Origin: Balanoglossus misakiensis
Lineage: Eukaryota; Animalia; Hemichordata
Reading direction: 5' to 3'
DNA length: 64,000 nt
Assembly (NCBI GenBank): GCA_040954595.2
Contig: CM082576.2
Location: 12,403,129 to 12,467,128 of the forward strand
The translations under genes and the position numbers were made by a program. The notes under the pieces are model-generated. The model was not told where the DNA came from and did no database searches. It was given only the letters and a program-made list of their open reading frames with translations. This document shows, one piece after another, positions 24,218 through 42,294 of this stretch (position 1 is its first letter; each line of letters starts with the position of its first letter).

Positions 24218-24360
24218 TTCTTTGTAAAAATCGTAGTTCCTCAAATAGGAGCTTCCCAGCTTTTAGCACTAAAATGCCGGTCCGTCGAAGTCAACTTGAA
24301 TGCTTGAATGTACTCCGAAGGTCACAAGTTCAGGTCAGGTCACTGATAAGGGAAAGTTCA
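24218..24360 (-). promoter_or_regulatory. Putative non-coding first exon and promoter of DHRS7-c
   Basis: Donor GAA|GTGAGT at 24218/24217. AGGTCA-ca-AGTTCA-ggtc-AGGTCA at 24319-24342. Paralogous to 19434-19560. Confidence 0.6.
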
Positions 24361-26443
24361 TTCAAAGAGTGGGTGGGCCAGAAAATGCTGACCAGATTAC
24401 TTATGGGCGAATCATTATGTTTAATATATAGATTGTGATTAAAAATCTATGAATATGATTTTTTTGTGGGGGATTTTTCCCCCCTTCTTTTCTGTACATT
24501 TTGGCTATTCTGCCATTGAGGGCTCTATCTATACAGTATAATTACTGAGGGGGGTATTATGACTGCGACAATCAGCCTGTGTAGAAATACGCAAATCTAG
24601 AGAATTCTAGTCAGTGGAAAAAAATTATATTTATTTGTGGTATATGGTGAAATAAGGGAATGTCTATGATTATAAATAACAGGTTCGTGGCACGAAGTAT
24701 ACACTTCTTGTGGACGGAAAAGGGGTAAACACAGACAGCTGTGTTTATACAGAATGATTGTACAAAGACTAATAAGTGCACTAAAAGGACATCTCTTCTC
24801 ACTGCGGCGGAGACTGCCCTCTTTTTTTTAGTAAATGTCCATACAAAAAGTCATGGTTTTGCCAAAGTTATTCCACACACATAAAGTCTGTACATTTTTC
24901 GTAATATACACATCAAATTTTATCACAAAAAAGAGATCACATATACAGGATGAACTTCATTGTATCAGCAACACCAGTGATGTAGACTCAGTCACTAGGG
25001 CAAGATTCACATCGCACTGGGCTCAGCTTTGGTGTGGAGCCTGTCTCAGAAGAAATTGTCAGTGCATGACTAATTCAGCAAAATGACTGGCAATAGCTTG
25101 AAGAAAATGCAATACACCCAGACCAGAACCTAGCAGACTGTATATCATATTTTCATCACCTATCGCAAAAACTGTCCATGATACTGGAAGATACTGTGTC
25201 AGGAAAAAAAAATACTTTCAATAAAACTCAGATAGAAATACAACAATTGTTTCATTCTATACAAAGAACAGGTCAACACTGCCAAGTAGTGCATGATGTG
25301 CCATTATTGTACAACAATTTCAAATAATGCTATTTACAGATACAAATCACACAGCAAAAGATACATCAATTCTGTACACTTTTTACAAAAAAAAAACATA
25401 TTCACAATATTTCTAGTATACACAAATAAAACCAAATAAACTTTGTGCATTATTCCACACATATTTACAAAAAAAAAAAGGTTTTTGAGGCACTTTCAAT
25501 AAAGTAAATGTATCTCTGTTTATCCAAGAAGTGTTTGAAAATTCTCCAGCCTTTATAAATATGTCATGTACTTTCACACATTCAAGTGTTCATATGCAAG
25601 GTTTCAGAAAGAGGATTTTAAAAATTTCATTGTTGTCAAATCATTTTTTTGCATCAAGATGAAATCAAGTAAAGAAAGATAATGAATATGGCCCTCAACA
25701 GACCTCTATGCGTAGTTGGCACACGGATTTACAGTGTTTCATCTATTATTAGTTAAGTACATTAGCACCACATTACAAATCTTATTTTTGCATCACAGGA
25801 GATATTGGTCTGTATGGCATACTTATTCAATCATGCATTGTTTGCATTACCTCTTCTATATGAAAACAGTTTCTGCCAAGAAGTTCAGAGACAAGAATTG
25901 AATTACATGTACTTCACCCATTATTTCACTGGCCAGTGAGTAAGATTATGCCCATTGCCTTTCTTGTTTTTCCTGAAAATTTTGCATGTTTTCACTTTAA
26001 ATTCCACTTCTTTCCTGAGGTACATATTTGTATGTGGACGGAGGGACATTCAGAACAGAACTTTTCCAGTGTTCTTCCCTGGAATTTCTGAGACAGTAAT
26101 TGACTAATTTTCAAAACAATTCATTTTTACGATAATGAATTTCAAGTGTTATCCTACAATGAACATTTATTTGCTGATATTTCTGGGAAAACACTGTGAT
26201 CAATTCCATGGTGAGAGAATCAGTCCCATTTCACCAATGCACTATATAAGATGCGCAATTCCAACTGGCCAAATGAGATTCTTTGTAATGTTTTCTGAGG
26301 CACATGAAAATAATAGGACAGAGAATATTTCTTTCTGCACAGCCAGTGCAACATGCCATGACTCTGAAGCATCCAGACGATACCACAGTCGTCTGTCCGA
26401 GTCCTTGACTTACTTCACAGTCACAAATCTGTGAGCGGGAAAA

Positions 26444-32228
<5,785 letters not shown>

Positions 32229-32810
32229 GGTTCTTGGTCTGGTTTGGATGACAACTCTGTATTAAAGGTGTAGCAGAAAAAAGTTTAATAAATTACTCAT
32301 TTTGTTGTTGTTTTTTGTTCACGAAGATCTGTTATACTGTATATCCAGATAATATAGCTTAGTGATCAGGACTGCAGAAGTCAGCCTAGCCTAGGCCCAG
32401 TCTCAAAACACCACACCGCAGCATAGACCCTAAGCCACAGCTATGGACCACACACCAGCTAAACGTCCTTGTGTGATGAATAGGTGACTGGGACTACTTG
32501 AAGATGGCTTCATTTTCAAGTAACATAAGCTATCATTTTTGGTTGAAGGCAAAATTTAGTTAAACGAATTTGACATCATCCACTGCTTTCCCTCGAAAAT
32601 AGGCTAAGGGCCTATGATAACATTCTTTCAGGTCGGACTCTTGTATCCATGGCAAAAGTACACAACTACATACAACCATCATAGACCGTGATCCAAGTTG
32701 TTAGCAGAGCGCCACAGTGCCATGAACAGTTTTCTGCGGTTAAAAGACAGGAACGACCTTCAATCTCACAAAAATGATTCTCTTCGCAGGCAAAAATATA
32801 TGTAAACCTT

Positions 32811-33210
32811 ACTTACCAGACGAGATTTAAGGCAAATCCATAGCGGGCACAATCATCATCACTACACTGACTTTTCTGACATCTTGAAGTATTCAAAATG
32901 GCGGCTGGGTCAGGATTATTTGATTGCAAAGGGGTGAAGGTGAATATTTTACGTATTACATCCCGACAAAAGGGAAACAGTTTCAGAACATTTTATACCA
33001 ATATTTGAATAATAGTTTAAAAAATAATATTATTCACTAACTATATCCATATTTTGATATTTTTAAAAGTTGCTGTTGGATTGCAAATATGAGTAAATTT
33101 CCTGATATCTACAATAGTTTTACCCAATAGTCCCATGATGCAATATCATTATCACCTCCAAAGGTGTGAAGCGGATGTTTTGATTCTACAACAACACGAT
33201 CGCGATCGCC
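32811..33210. promoter_or_regulatory. Bidirectional promoter between PCNX4 and ERMARD
   Basis: Minus-strand donor G|GTAAGT at 32817/32816 (candidate PCNX4 5'UTR exon; acceptor at 32256). YY1-type CAAAATGGCGGC (32894-32905) overlaps the ERMARD ATG. STAF/ZNF143-type TCCCATGATGCAAT at 33131-33144. CGATCGCGATCG palindrome near 33197. Confidence 0.65.
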
Positions 33211-36200
33211 GGTTTATGCTACAGGTTCCTGATCGACTTTCCGATCTGTGGCGTCGACTGATGTACAATATTCCCTTGTCTATCACTTGTATCTACACTG
33301 TCATGTCTGTTCATCGTCGATTTTCGAATCGAAGGTTTACCATGCTTGAGTGAGAAATTGAGGGCAAGTTCTGTCCCGAGAAAAGGGGGAGGGGCACCTT
33401 CCCCTGGAGAAATATAAGTTGTGATTTGTGTACACAAGGCGTGTAATGTCGTTTGCAGATGTCCGATTTCACCTGCAGAATCCTCCAACCTGCCTCTCTC
33501 CCAGTGTCCTCACCCTGATCAGTGATTCATGGGAGATTGCATCTAGTCAGCTTCAGGGAGCTAATGAGGAGGAGGATGAAGATGGCAACAAGTTCATAAA
33601 TGAAGATGGAATTTTGGATTGGAATAGATTGTTACAAACAACTCTGAAAAATCTAGGTGAGGAAATGTGTTTCCAGGCACTTGTGAATCACAGTCACATT
33701 GTGTGAATGTACATTAATTGGATGAAATCTTGGTGTGCATATATAAAAATGATATTGCAATTTGCCGCGAGGTTTCACCTTGTTGGGGTGTGGAATCGTG
33801 TGGTGGTTTTAATAAAGATATTATCATTCATAAATTTTTTTATTAAGTTAGCTCCTATTTAATGCAGGTTGTGCAGAAATAGGTTTCAAACGACGTAAAT
33901 GATGATGAGCAAAGTGACTGCAGCTGATTAAATTATAAATTTCGCTGGCTCCACCTTATTGAAATAAAGTCAGATATCAGACTTGGATCTGCCTGCTATG
34001 ATTGTTGTGGGTGCCACTTGCCCAGTTGATGATGTTGTCTGTGGTTGCCGCGGACAACTTAATCAACTGAGTGGCACCCGCTACAATAATTGCAACTATA
34101 TTATGTGATCAAGCATTCTACTGTGTAGACCAATATAGGTGATAATAAATATGATTACTCAAATCATGTAATGGATCAAGCTGTGTACTCTTTTTATGAT
34201 GGACAGATATTTCTTCAACTCCCGAAGACTATCAGCTGTGTATTGGCAGACTGGTCCCAGTGTGTGTTCAGTGTCAAGAGTGGATCAGTCAAATCACAGA
34301 AGAGAAGTTCAATGAACTTTACTCAAGTAAATTTATGTGGACAGCTCAGTGGCAGGTAAAGCTGGCAGACACTACATATATTCGCCTTTTAATAGAAATG
34401 ATGCGAAAGAACTGATAGAAAAAGCAATTAGCAAATTAGGGACAATCAATGGATTTTCGCCATTTTTATTCAGAGAAATGCCAGAAAACATTATATTATC
34501 ATTTTCAAGAAATTTTCACTTTTGACAGAGTATTAAAATATTGCTCTCTTTGCCTTGCAGGTATTCTTGGAATGTTTTCGTCTTTTAAAGTCAAGTAACA
34601 ATGTTGATGGTGTTCTTAGTCTGTTGCTCTGCACAGCTGCATTAGAGAGAGCACTGGGTGATGTGAGTACCTGTGAACTCTGTGGCTTGAAACAGTGGAT
34701 TACAACTCCCCCATAATGACCACTTCATTCTGTGGATGGTCATCCAGATATAATTCCAACACTAATTAGTTCCTTTTTTTCTTGGTTGAATAGCACTGTT
34801 TGTGCTATAAACTAGTAAAGAACCAAACTTCCAAGCCACCTTTTGGGAACGTTTGCACTCAAGCGCTATAATGAAGTTATGTTCTGGGGTGATGGTTTCA
34901 GGAGAACTTTCTATTGTGTGTGTTTTTGAGAAGCTAATTTTCATCCCCACCTGCACCTTTCCAGGTTTATCTGATGAAAAACTCACCCTGCCCGTTTCTT
35001 CTCAAAGATCTTCTTGCAACCGATGAACTCAGGGAAATTTTTGGTGACGAGGTGGTAAGTACGTACGTCTTACAATCCATAGCTCACAATTCTCGATGCT
35101 GCATCATAATATACCTACTCATCTTAGAGACAGATATTTCAGACAGTGTTGGATCTTTTGATTCTGTGCTGTAATCAAATCATCTAAAGAGTGATAAGCA
35201 CAATGAGTCACAATGCCAACATTATGCAGTAAATCTTCCTCCCAACAGATTTTTTGTTTGCGCATTTTGATTGGACCACCAAGCAGTCTTAATCTGAGAA
35301 ATGTCACCTGGCATGGATTTGCGGCACCCAATGAGATACCAAAACAGTGAGTAGTACACACTTTTGATATCATACAATTTTACTCTCCCAAACATGTTTT
35401 TAAACTTGGTTAAGTAATAATGATAACACTTGTAATCAGTACATTATTTCCATATTTTAATCATTCATGGTAGACGAAAAAAAATCATTTTAACAAAACA
35501 AACAGTTGGTAATCGGTAAAAAAAGTTGTGCTTTAAAAATATGCTGTATTTCTTAAATTTAAGAAAGCAATGATGTATTGTAGTATATGTTTTGTGTTTA
35601 TCTACATCTTTTTTTTGTTTGACAGGTATGCCAGTTTCCTGTTGGTTTTTGCGGCAAGTTTGAATGAAAAGTTGCAAATTTTGACTGATCAGCATACCCT
35701 GACTCACCGAAAGCCATTCCAACTGTCACATTTTCAACTCTGCAAGGAGGCCTTTCCAGGTATGGTTACATCTCAGCAGTCTGTTCTCTGCTAGAAATTT
35801 CATAAAATAAAGTTTCGCATAATCTTTGTCCAAAGCCTGATGACAGTGCATTACAAATGGCCATGTTATATTTTTTTACAATGTGAATATATTAAAACAT
35901 TGGAAGAATATACTATTAACCAGTTTATCATTCATGTTCCTTTGGTTGTGCCCTTAGCAATAAGCGTGGAATACATCGATGAAATTCAGCAACTTTTCAA
36001 TACTACAGATTTTATACTTCCCATAATGCAAGAGTATTGGCAGGTGGCGTTGAATTACTATGCAAATAGCAGGTAATCTCTAACTGTTGAATTGTTGGGT
36101 GGGGTTTTGGTGGTGGTATTAAAAACTAGAGCAACTATGTAGCTATTCAACATGTTATGATCCATCTATATAATAGTAATAATACAAATGACAGCATAAA

Positions 36201-39200
36201 GTGATGATAAATTGCAGAAACCCTGAATCTGAACCAGAAAAACTCTCTTTTTAGCCCTAAAGTGGCAGTGATACATTTTCGTATTATTCAAATCCATCAG
36301 GATTCAAAACAAATGTTGCTACATGTCTTGATATTTCCAGATATGGTCTTTGCTGTGTGTTGTTGCTACCTCAGCTTGAGAACAGCCTGAGAAGATTATT
36401 TTGTGCAGTTAATCGGTGTCCTGAAAGAGTTTTAACAGCTGAAGTAAATCTGTTTTCATTCTTTATATCATTTCAGAGCTTTTCATCAGTTTTAAAAAGA
36501 AAGGTACAAGAGATGAATGGATGGTCTTTTCCATCCGAGACCCATAGATTGAAAAATTTGACAATATATAATAAAAATATTCCTGTTCAATTACATTCAA
36601 CAGAGTTCACCAAATTTATATGGACATAAAACAGCCTCATTCAAAATCACATTTCTGATACATGTGATGAAAATTTGCTGGTCAAGTAACAATCATTTTC
36701 TTCTTCTTTTTTTACAGTCCTCTGTTTTCTATACAACCTTTGATGAGGTCAGTCTCTCAGATATTCCTGTTTTGTATTTCTGTCAACTTTGAAGGTGTTT
36801 CCTTTGTCAGTAGGATAATACATTGTAAAATGACGAGAAACGTTTTATGCATGACATTGTTAAAGGTTACAGTCTATTAGTATGTAAAAAATGTTTAACT
36901 ATGAAAACGCAGTTTATACAGTCAGTATAATTTATGATGGAATATTGCTTGTGTATGTATAAGTGCCATTTGTATTCTTGGTCATATGAATATAAGAATT
37001 GAATGGCACCAAAGATTTTGAATGATAACTTCTAACTGTTACGGTGTGAGTTGATTTGGGCGTCGAGGGTTATATGTGTCTGAATGTGAATAAATGCAAG
37101 CCAGAGTGACTAGTCTAGATGTGTTTAATGGATCTGAGAGGAAAAAATCCATCAACAATAGAGATAAATCTCACAAGGGAATGTATAAAGTGAATTACCA
37201 TGTACCCCACTTTAACGGCTGAAATTGTTTTCCAACTAACATTACTTTGGTGTGAAATTGTTTATGTCCACAAAGATGTAGCATGAGTCTGTACAGTGAG
37301 TGTCTTTCATGTCTCTGTTTTATTGCTTTCATTAATCACTTGGTCATTTTGCAATCGCAGATACTCGGCACTACTTTACCAAATGGAGGGGTCAACATGA
37401 TGGCGATGGAACTGGGAGACTCTTACATGGTCAGTTATAGCGCCCCCTACCCGTAGAAGTAGAAAAATTACAGATTTTGAAAGTCTACCAGAATGTGTGG
37501 TTGTGTTACTGTCTCATGAATAGGCAGTCAGTCTTGGTGAAATACACTGTAAAATGTACTGTTACTCATAAAATTACATGTACTTGGGTTTAGTTACAGT
37601 CATATCAGTACATAGCCATTTTTTGCTACAAAATCATGAACCAAATTATATTTGCAAGGTAAGTAGTCTTTATTGCTGTTTATAACAGAAGTAAGTTTAT
37701 TTCAAGAAATAAAGGGAAAGTCGTTAAATTTAAAGGAAATAATTAGAGGTTACCATGCAAAAACTTTGATCACGCAACCAAACTATCAAAAATTCACAAA
37801 TGTTTGAATTCAGAGTGGCTGTAAAAGACTACTTCTTGGCTGAAAGTGTTCATTTTCTTGTAAACAAGATGACTGAGTAACTATTTTGAAAATATCAGCA
37901 TGATGGTAGACAAGTTGGAATGTCACAATGACTTGAATTAATTCAAAGCTTGCTGAAAATGTACCCTGTAGTGTGGCACATTCAACCCTTTAAAGTTAGA
38001 GTCAAGGTCATGGTTATTTTCACTTTCAGGGGTTCTATTTAAGTGTAATGATGATGGACACTTGAATGAAATTTCACGCAAACTAAAAGGTAACTAACAT
38101 GTTTGAAAGATAAATTGGGTGAAAATTGATCAAATTGTAAAAGAAAAAGCAGGTCACATTTTAAGGAGCTGTCAAACTGACTGACACCAGGGCAGACCAA
38201 AAAATAGACTGTTGAAAGTCCTTCTCACCTTACTTGTTTTTCAAAACTATCAATGTACTGTTACTACCCACAGCCAAATATCAGAAGCATAAGGGCGAGT
38301 GTACAGTTACATAAAGTGAAACATTTGGCCAAACAGCACAAGTGGATGTCGAGAGCCTCTTTGATCTCTTCTTTAAAACCGAAAATGTACAACAATAATA
38401 ACATTGCAGAACATAAAGATCATTTGTCCTTTGATCCTACGTGAATTTGAGATTTTTTATTTTGGTGCTGATTCTCATAAATGACAATGCGTTTCTGATT
38501 TATTTGGCACTAACAATTTTATGATTGGCACATAAAAATTGGCGTAGGTGGAGTTATCATCAGAACCATACAATTTTTTGGCTTGACGTCAATCAAATCA
38601 GCTTACCTTGTGAATAATTGTTGAATTTTACGTGTGTATTTTTAACACATGGCCACGTCAAAAGTAATAAACCATTCTGTTTGTCTTCACAATTCTGTCA
38701 GAGACTATGATTTCATAAAGAATCTAAATGTAATAAAAAATATAGCTGCAAAACATATTAAAAATATGAGTTCTGGCATTCTTTGTGTGTGTTTGTGGCA
38801 TATTGCAAAATTTCAATCGATTCTGAAATGTCTATGGGAGATAAACTTTTCCCATTATGAACCGTAATCTGCCGCATATTGCAGGTCGATCCAGTAATCA
38901 TGAAAATATACGGCAGATAAAATTCATGAATCATGACTTTTTATTTGATGCAGGAGATGCTATTGGACATGTTCGTTTGCTTGGAAGGTCCGCGCGTACG
39001 TGACCACATCAGCCACGGGGAGGTGGAGGTACTTCGGCTCCGTCGAGAAGTGGCCAACCATTTACTGAGCATCTGCGTGGCGTTCTGCTTGAAGTACTCC
39101 AAACGAGAAATCCGGGAGCTGAGCGAGGGGTTCATCAGCGTCGGTGCTGCAGCGGAAAATTACAGGTCGTGTTTCCACCCCGTTGCATATTTGAGGAGAT

Positions 39201-42200
39201 CCTTGAGGAGACTGTGCGGGGATTTGGGCAATTTGGTGGATTTGCCCGAGCCTGACGCTGCCGGCAGCCCTGATGAGTGTACTGAAGCCAATCATGTAAC
39301 AAAGTTGGAGCTTGGCAGTTACGAAAAGCTTCAGAACATCGCCGCTGCAGTTTTGAAGAATTCTGCATTTTCCGATGCAACTATTCAAGATAGTCACAGT
39401 GAAAGGTAAGTTTAATAGGTAAATACTGATACATTTTCATTTTGCCTCTTTTTATTCACTCATATTTTTTTTTACCCAAAACATTATTCACTTTGACTCT
39501 AAAAAGTTTGGTAAAATTTTATTACCAGCGTGTACGTTTTGAGAGATTCGGAGAGCAATTTTATGAGATAATCTGTATTATGGCTTTTAAAAGTTATAAC
39601 TTCTTTACCAGATTCTATGGATTTGTTTTAGGAAATCATGAAATTCAGGTATAATCTTTCTCATTCTCAGAAACTTTATAACACTAGTCAGATGTCCGCA
39701 ATCAGAAGCTGAAAACTTGGCTACATTTAGATACATGTAAGAATTGCACTCCTTGAGATGACAAATTGTCTGTCAAATGCTGAGTGTTTGCAATCGCGTT
39801 TGCGACATGTAAAGTGTGAACAACCGGGAGTGCATAGCAACGGGAATTACAGCTAATTTGTCCTGAAAGAGAATTAGCCAGGTGATAATTTCTCTATCAC
39901 AGAATTTGTACACATCAGCTGCTCTGCACAGTGAAACGCTGTGTATTTTATTGAATCAAGAGTCTGGGGAAATATTGTTTCAGAAGACATCAAACAAGAT
40001 GTGTGTCCACAGTCGATTAATTTTGGATGAGTTTTACCCGTGGCATTAGCCAACTTCTGCTGAGTCTTCTGTGGAGGAATAAAATCACCGGAAACTACTT
40101 TCTAATTGTCAAATAAGGCATGTTTTATTTCAAATTGTCTAACTTGTCCAGCTTGTCTAAATGGTGTATGTACTTTCACACCTCCTTTCATTTCAAAGTG
40201 TGGACCAACCCATTAACAAACAAGAGAAAATGGAATGAATAGTGCATTTTACAATGTTCCATGTGGTGCTATAATGTTACCTGCAGCGATTATTTTTGTC
40301 AAAACGTATATGACATAGCGCCTAACAAACCGAACATTACCAGAATGTTGACTGCCTGAACTGTTCTGCTGTGGGGTGTATAGTTAGGAAATTTTTGGCT
40401 AAAAAAACACATTCATGACAAATGCGAAATGTGGCAAAAATCGCAATTTTACAACAGATATCCCTGAACATTTCGTACACACCTTAATTGCACATTTTGG
40501 ATGAAAGAAAATTGTAATCTTCCAATGTCACAGAACTTTAGGACTTCTAGTAAGCAGTAACTATCTCCTGAATTGCTGTACTGCTCAAAGTGTCTCATAT
40601 TTTATATGTCATCATTTTGCAAAGCACCCATAGAACAGCTTTGGGCTGCCCTGCTGTCCATTGAATTTAGAAACTCCACTTGAACATGCATACATGTCTT
40701 ACCTAAGATGCACAGTTCAGCAACTTTCTATACCTATAGTTTTCAAGGGGATCTTCACATAAATACACCAGATTTATTTTTCATATTCAGCATAAGGTAA
40801 CATAGATGCTTGATATGTACAATCCAAATAATTGGGTCCTGGTTGTAATTTGCATACTGTAATATAGCATTGTCATTTTTAGGATTAAAATTTTGCATTA
40901 ATATTGATCATTGTAATACAGGTAATGTAGAAATGCACTCTTCAAACAGGCATATGCCATATATTTGCTGATCACACATTCATTAGTTGTTCCTTGAGAA
41001 CAATTGTTTTAATTATTACCTTAGGAATTGGAATCACATGATACTATCCATAAAGATAGACAAATTTATTATATTTGTCATTTTTGCTTATAGACGCATA
41101 CAAATGCCCATAGCCTATCATGTTATTTCCATCTTCAAAAACATTTGGGCCATAAGAATTTCTCTTTAATATTTCACGATGCTATTTATGATGAAAAATA
41201 TCAAAATGTGCTGTAGATGTTAACGTCACAACCAATATTGTCCAGTAAACTGTTAGTCGCACACAAAGGAAATACTTAAAATCAGACTGACAGCCACAGA
41301 GTCTAATACAATGTTTCTTTCGGAAAGACATAAATTATAAAACAGGAAGCCTCTTTGGATGAGAATGTGTTTGCTGTAAGCATATGAATTTTTAACACGG
41401 GGCTTTTGTCATCCACGCCACTCAAACGTGTGATTGATAACGGCTAATCTGATTTAAAGGTATATTAGAAATTATAGCATTCTGTGGTGTATTATACAGA
41501 AGTTACAGCCATACAAGCAAGCATCAAAAATGTTTTTTCCTGTCAAGTTTTCATCCATAAATTTATTTTTTAATCCATTAAAAGACCTTTCCCGAAGTTC
41601 CAGTCTCACCCAAGCTATTATGTGAAACTGTCAACATAGTTGATTTGATCTCGAGAGGAATAATGCAAAATTAACCAGGAATACACATGTGAGTGGTTTC
41701 TTTCTTTATCATATTTGATGTCAACAGATCCAGTGTTCCCCTTGATTTCCTGCAAAGCCTGGTTTTGAGAGTCAGTGATCTGGCAATAAAGACTCTGTTT
41801 CAGACGAGATCACAGCTTGAGGTGGTTTCCCTGCTGAGACGAGTCGTCGCCCAAGGGCTGACTGTCGTCGAACAGGTCAGCCAGGTTGGCAAGGCGCGGT
41901 TTCATCAGTGGCAGAGCAAACAGCTGAGATCAAGGCAAAGAAACAACTATTGGAAGTTTTTGAAAAGGTATTCGATGTTAATTCATTTTTTAGGAGAATG
42001 ATTTGGACAAAGGATCTCAACACCGATTGCTAAATATAGTGAAACTTCTTTGGTACACCATATGAAAAATGTGCGTGAACGATATGACATTTTAACAAAG
42101 GAAGCAATATACACTATATGTTCATACAGATGCGACACATACATATATGTAAGGTACATACAGAAAGATATAGATAGATACATGTAGATCAAGTTAGATC

Positions 42201-42262
42201 AATCGATTAGTCGATCGATTGATAGACGGACAGACAGATAGATAGAGAGCCTCGAGAAACAT

Positions 42263-42294
<32 letters not shown>

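Larger units (their letters stand above)
15877..24595. repeat. Head-to-tail tandem duplication of a DHRS7 gene unit (unit A about 15877-19870, unit B about 19877-24595)
   Basis: Both units start with CTGTCCATTTCTGACCA and end with CAATCAGCCTGTGTAGAA(G/A)TACGCAAA. Exons, introns, 3' flank and promoter are colinear. Confidence 0.9.

Noticed and set aside
33451-33478. Upstream acceptor GTTTGCAG|ATG as an alternative ERMARD start
   Set aside because: That ATG is out of frame with the conserved TCLSPSV; the 33479 acceptor fits the phase-0 exon 1.
38861-38918. Short inverted repeat TCTGCCGCATATT...AATATACGGCAGA before ERMARD exon 12
   Set aside because: Probably a truncated mariner-type MITE remnant; too short and degenerate to call.
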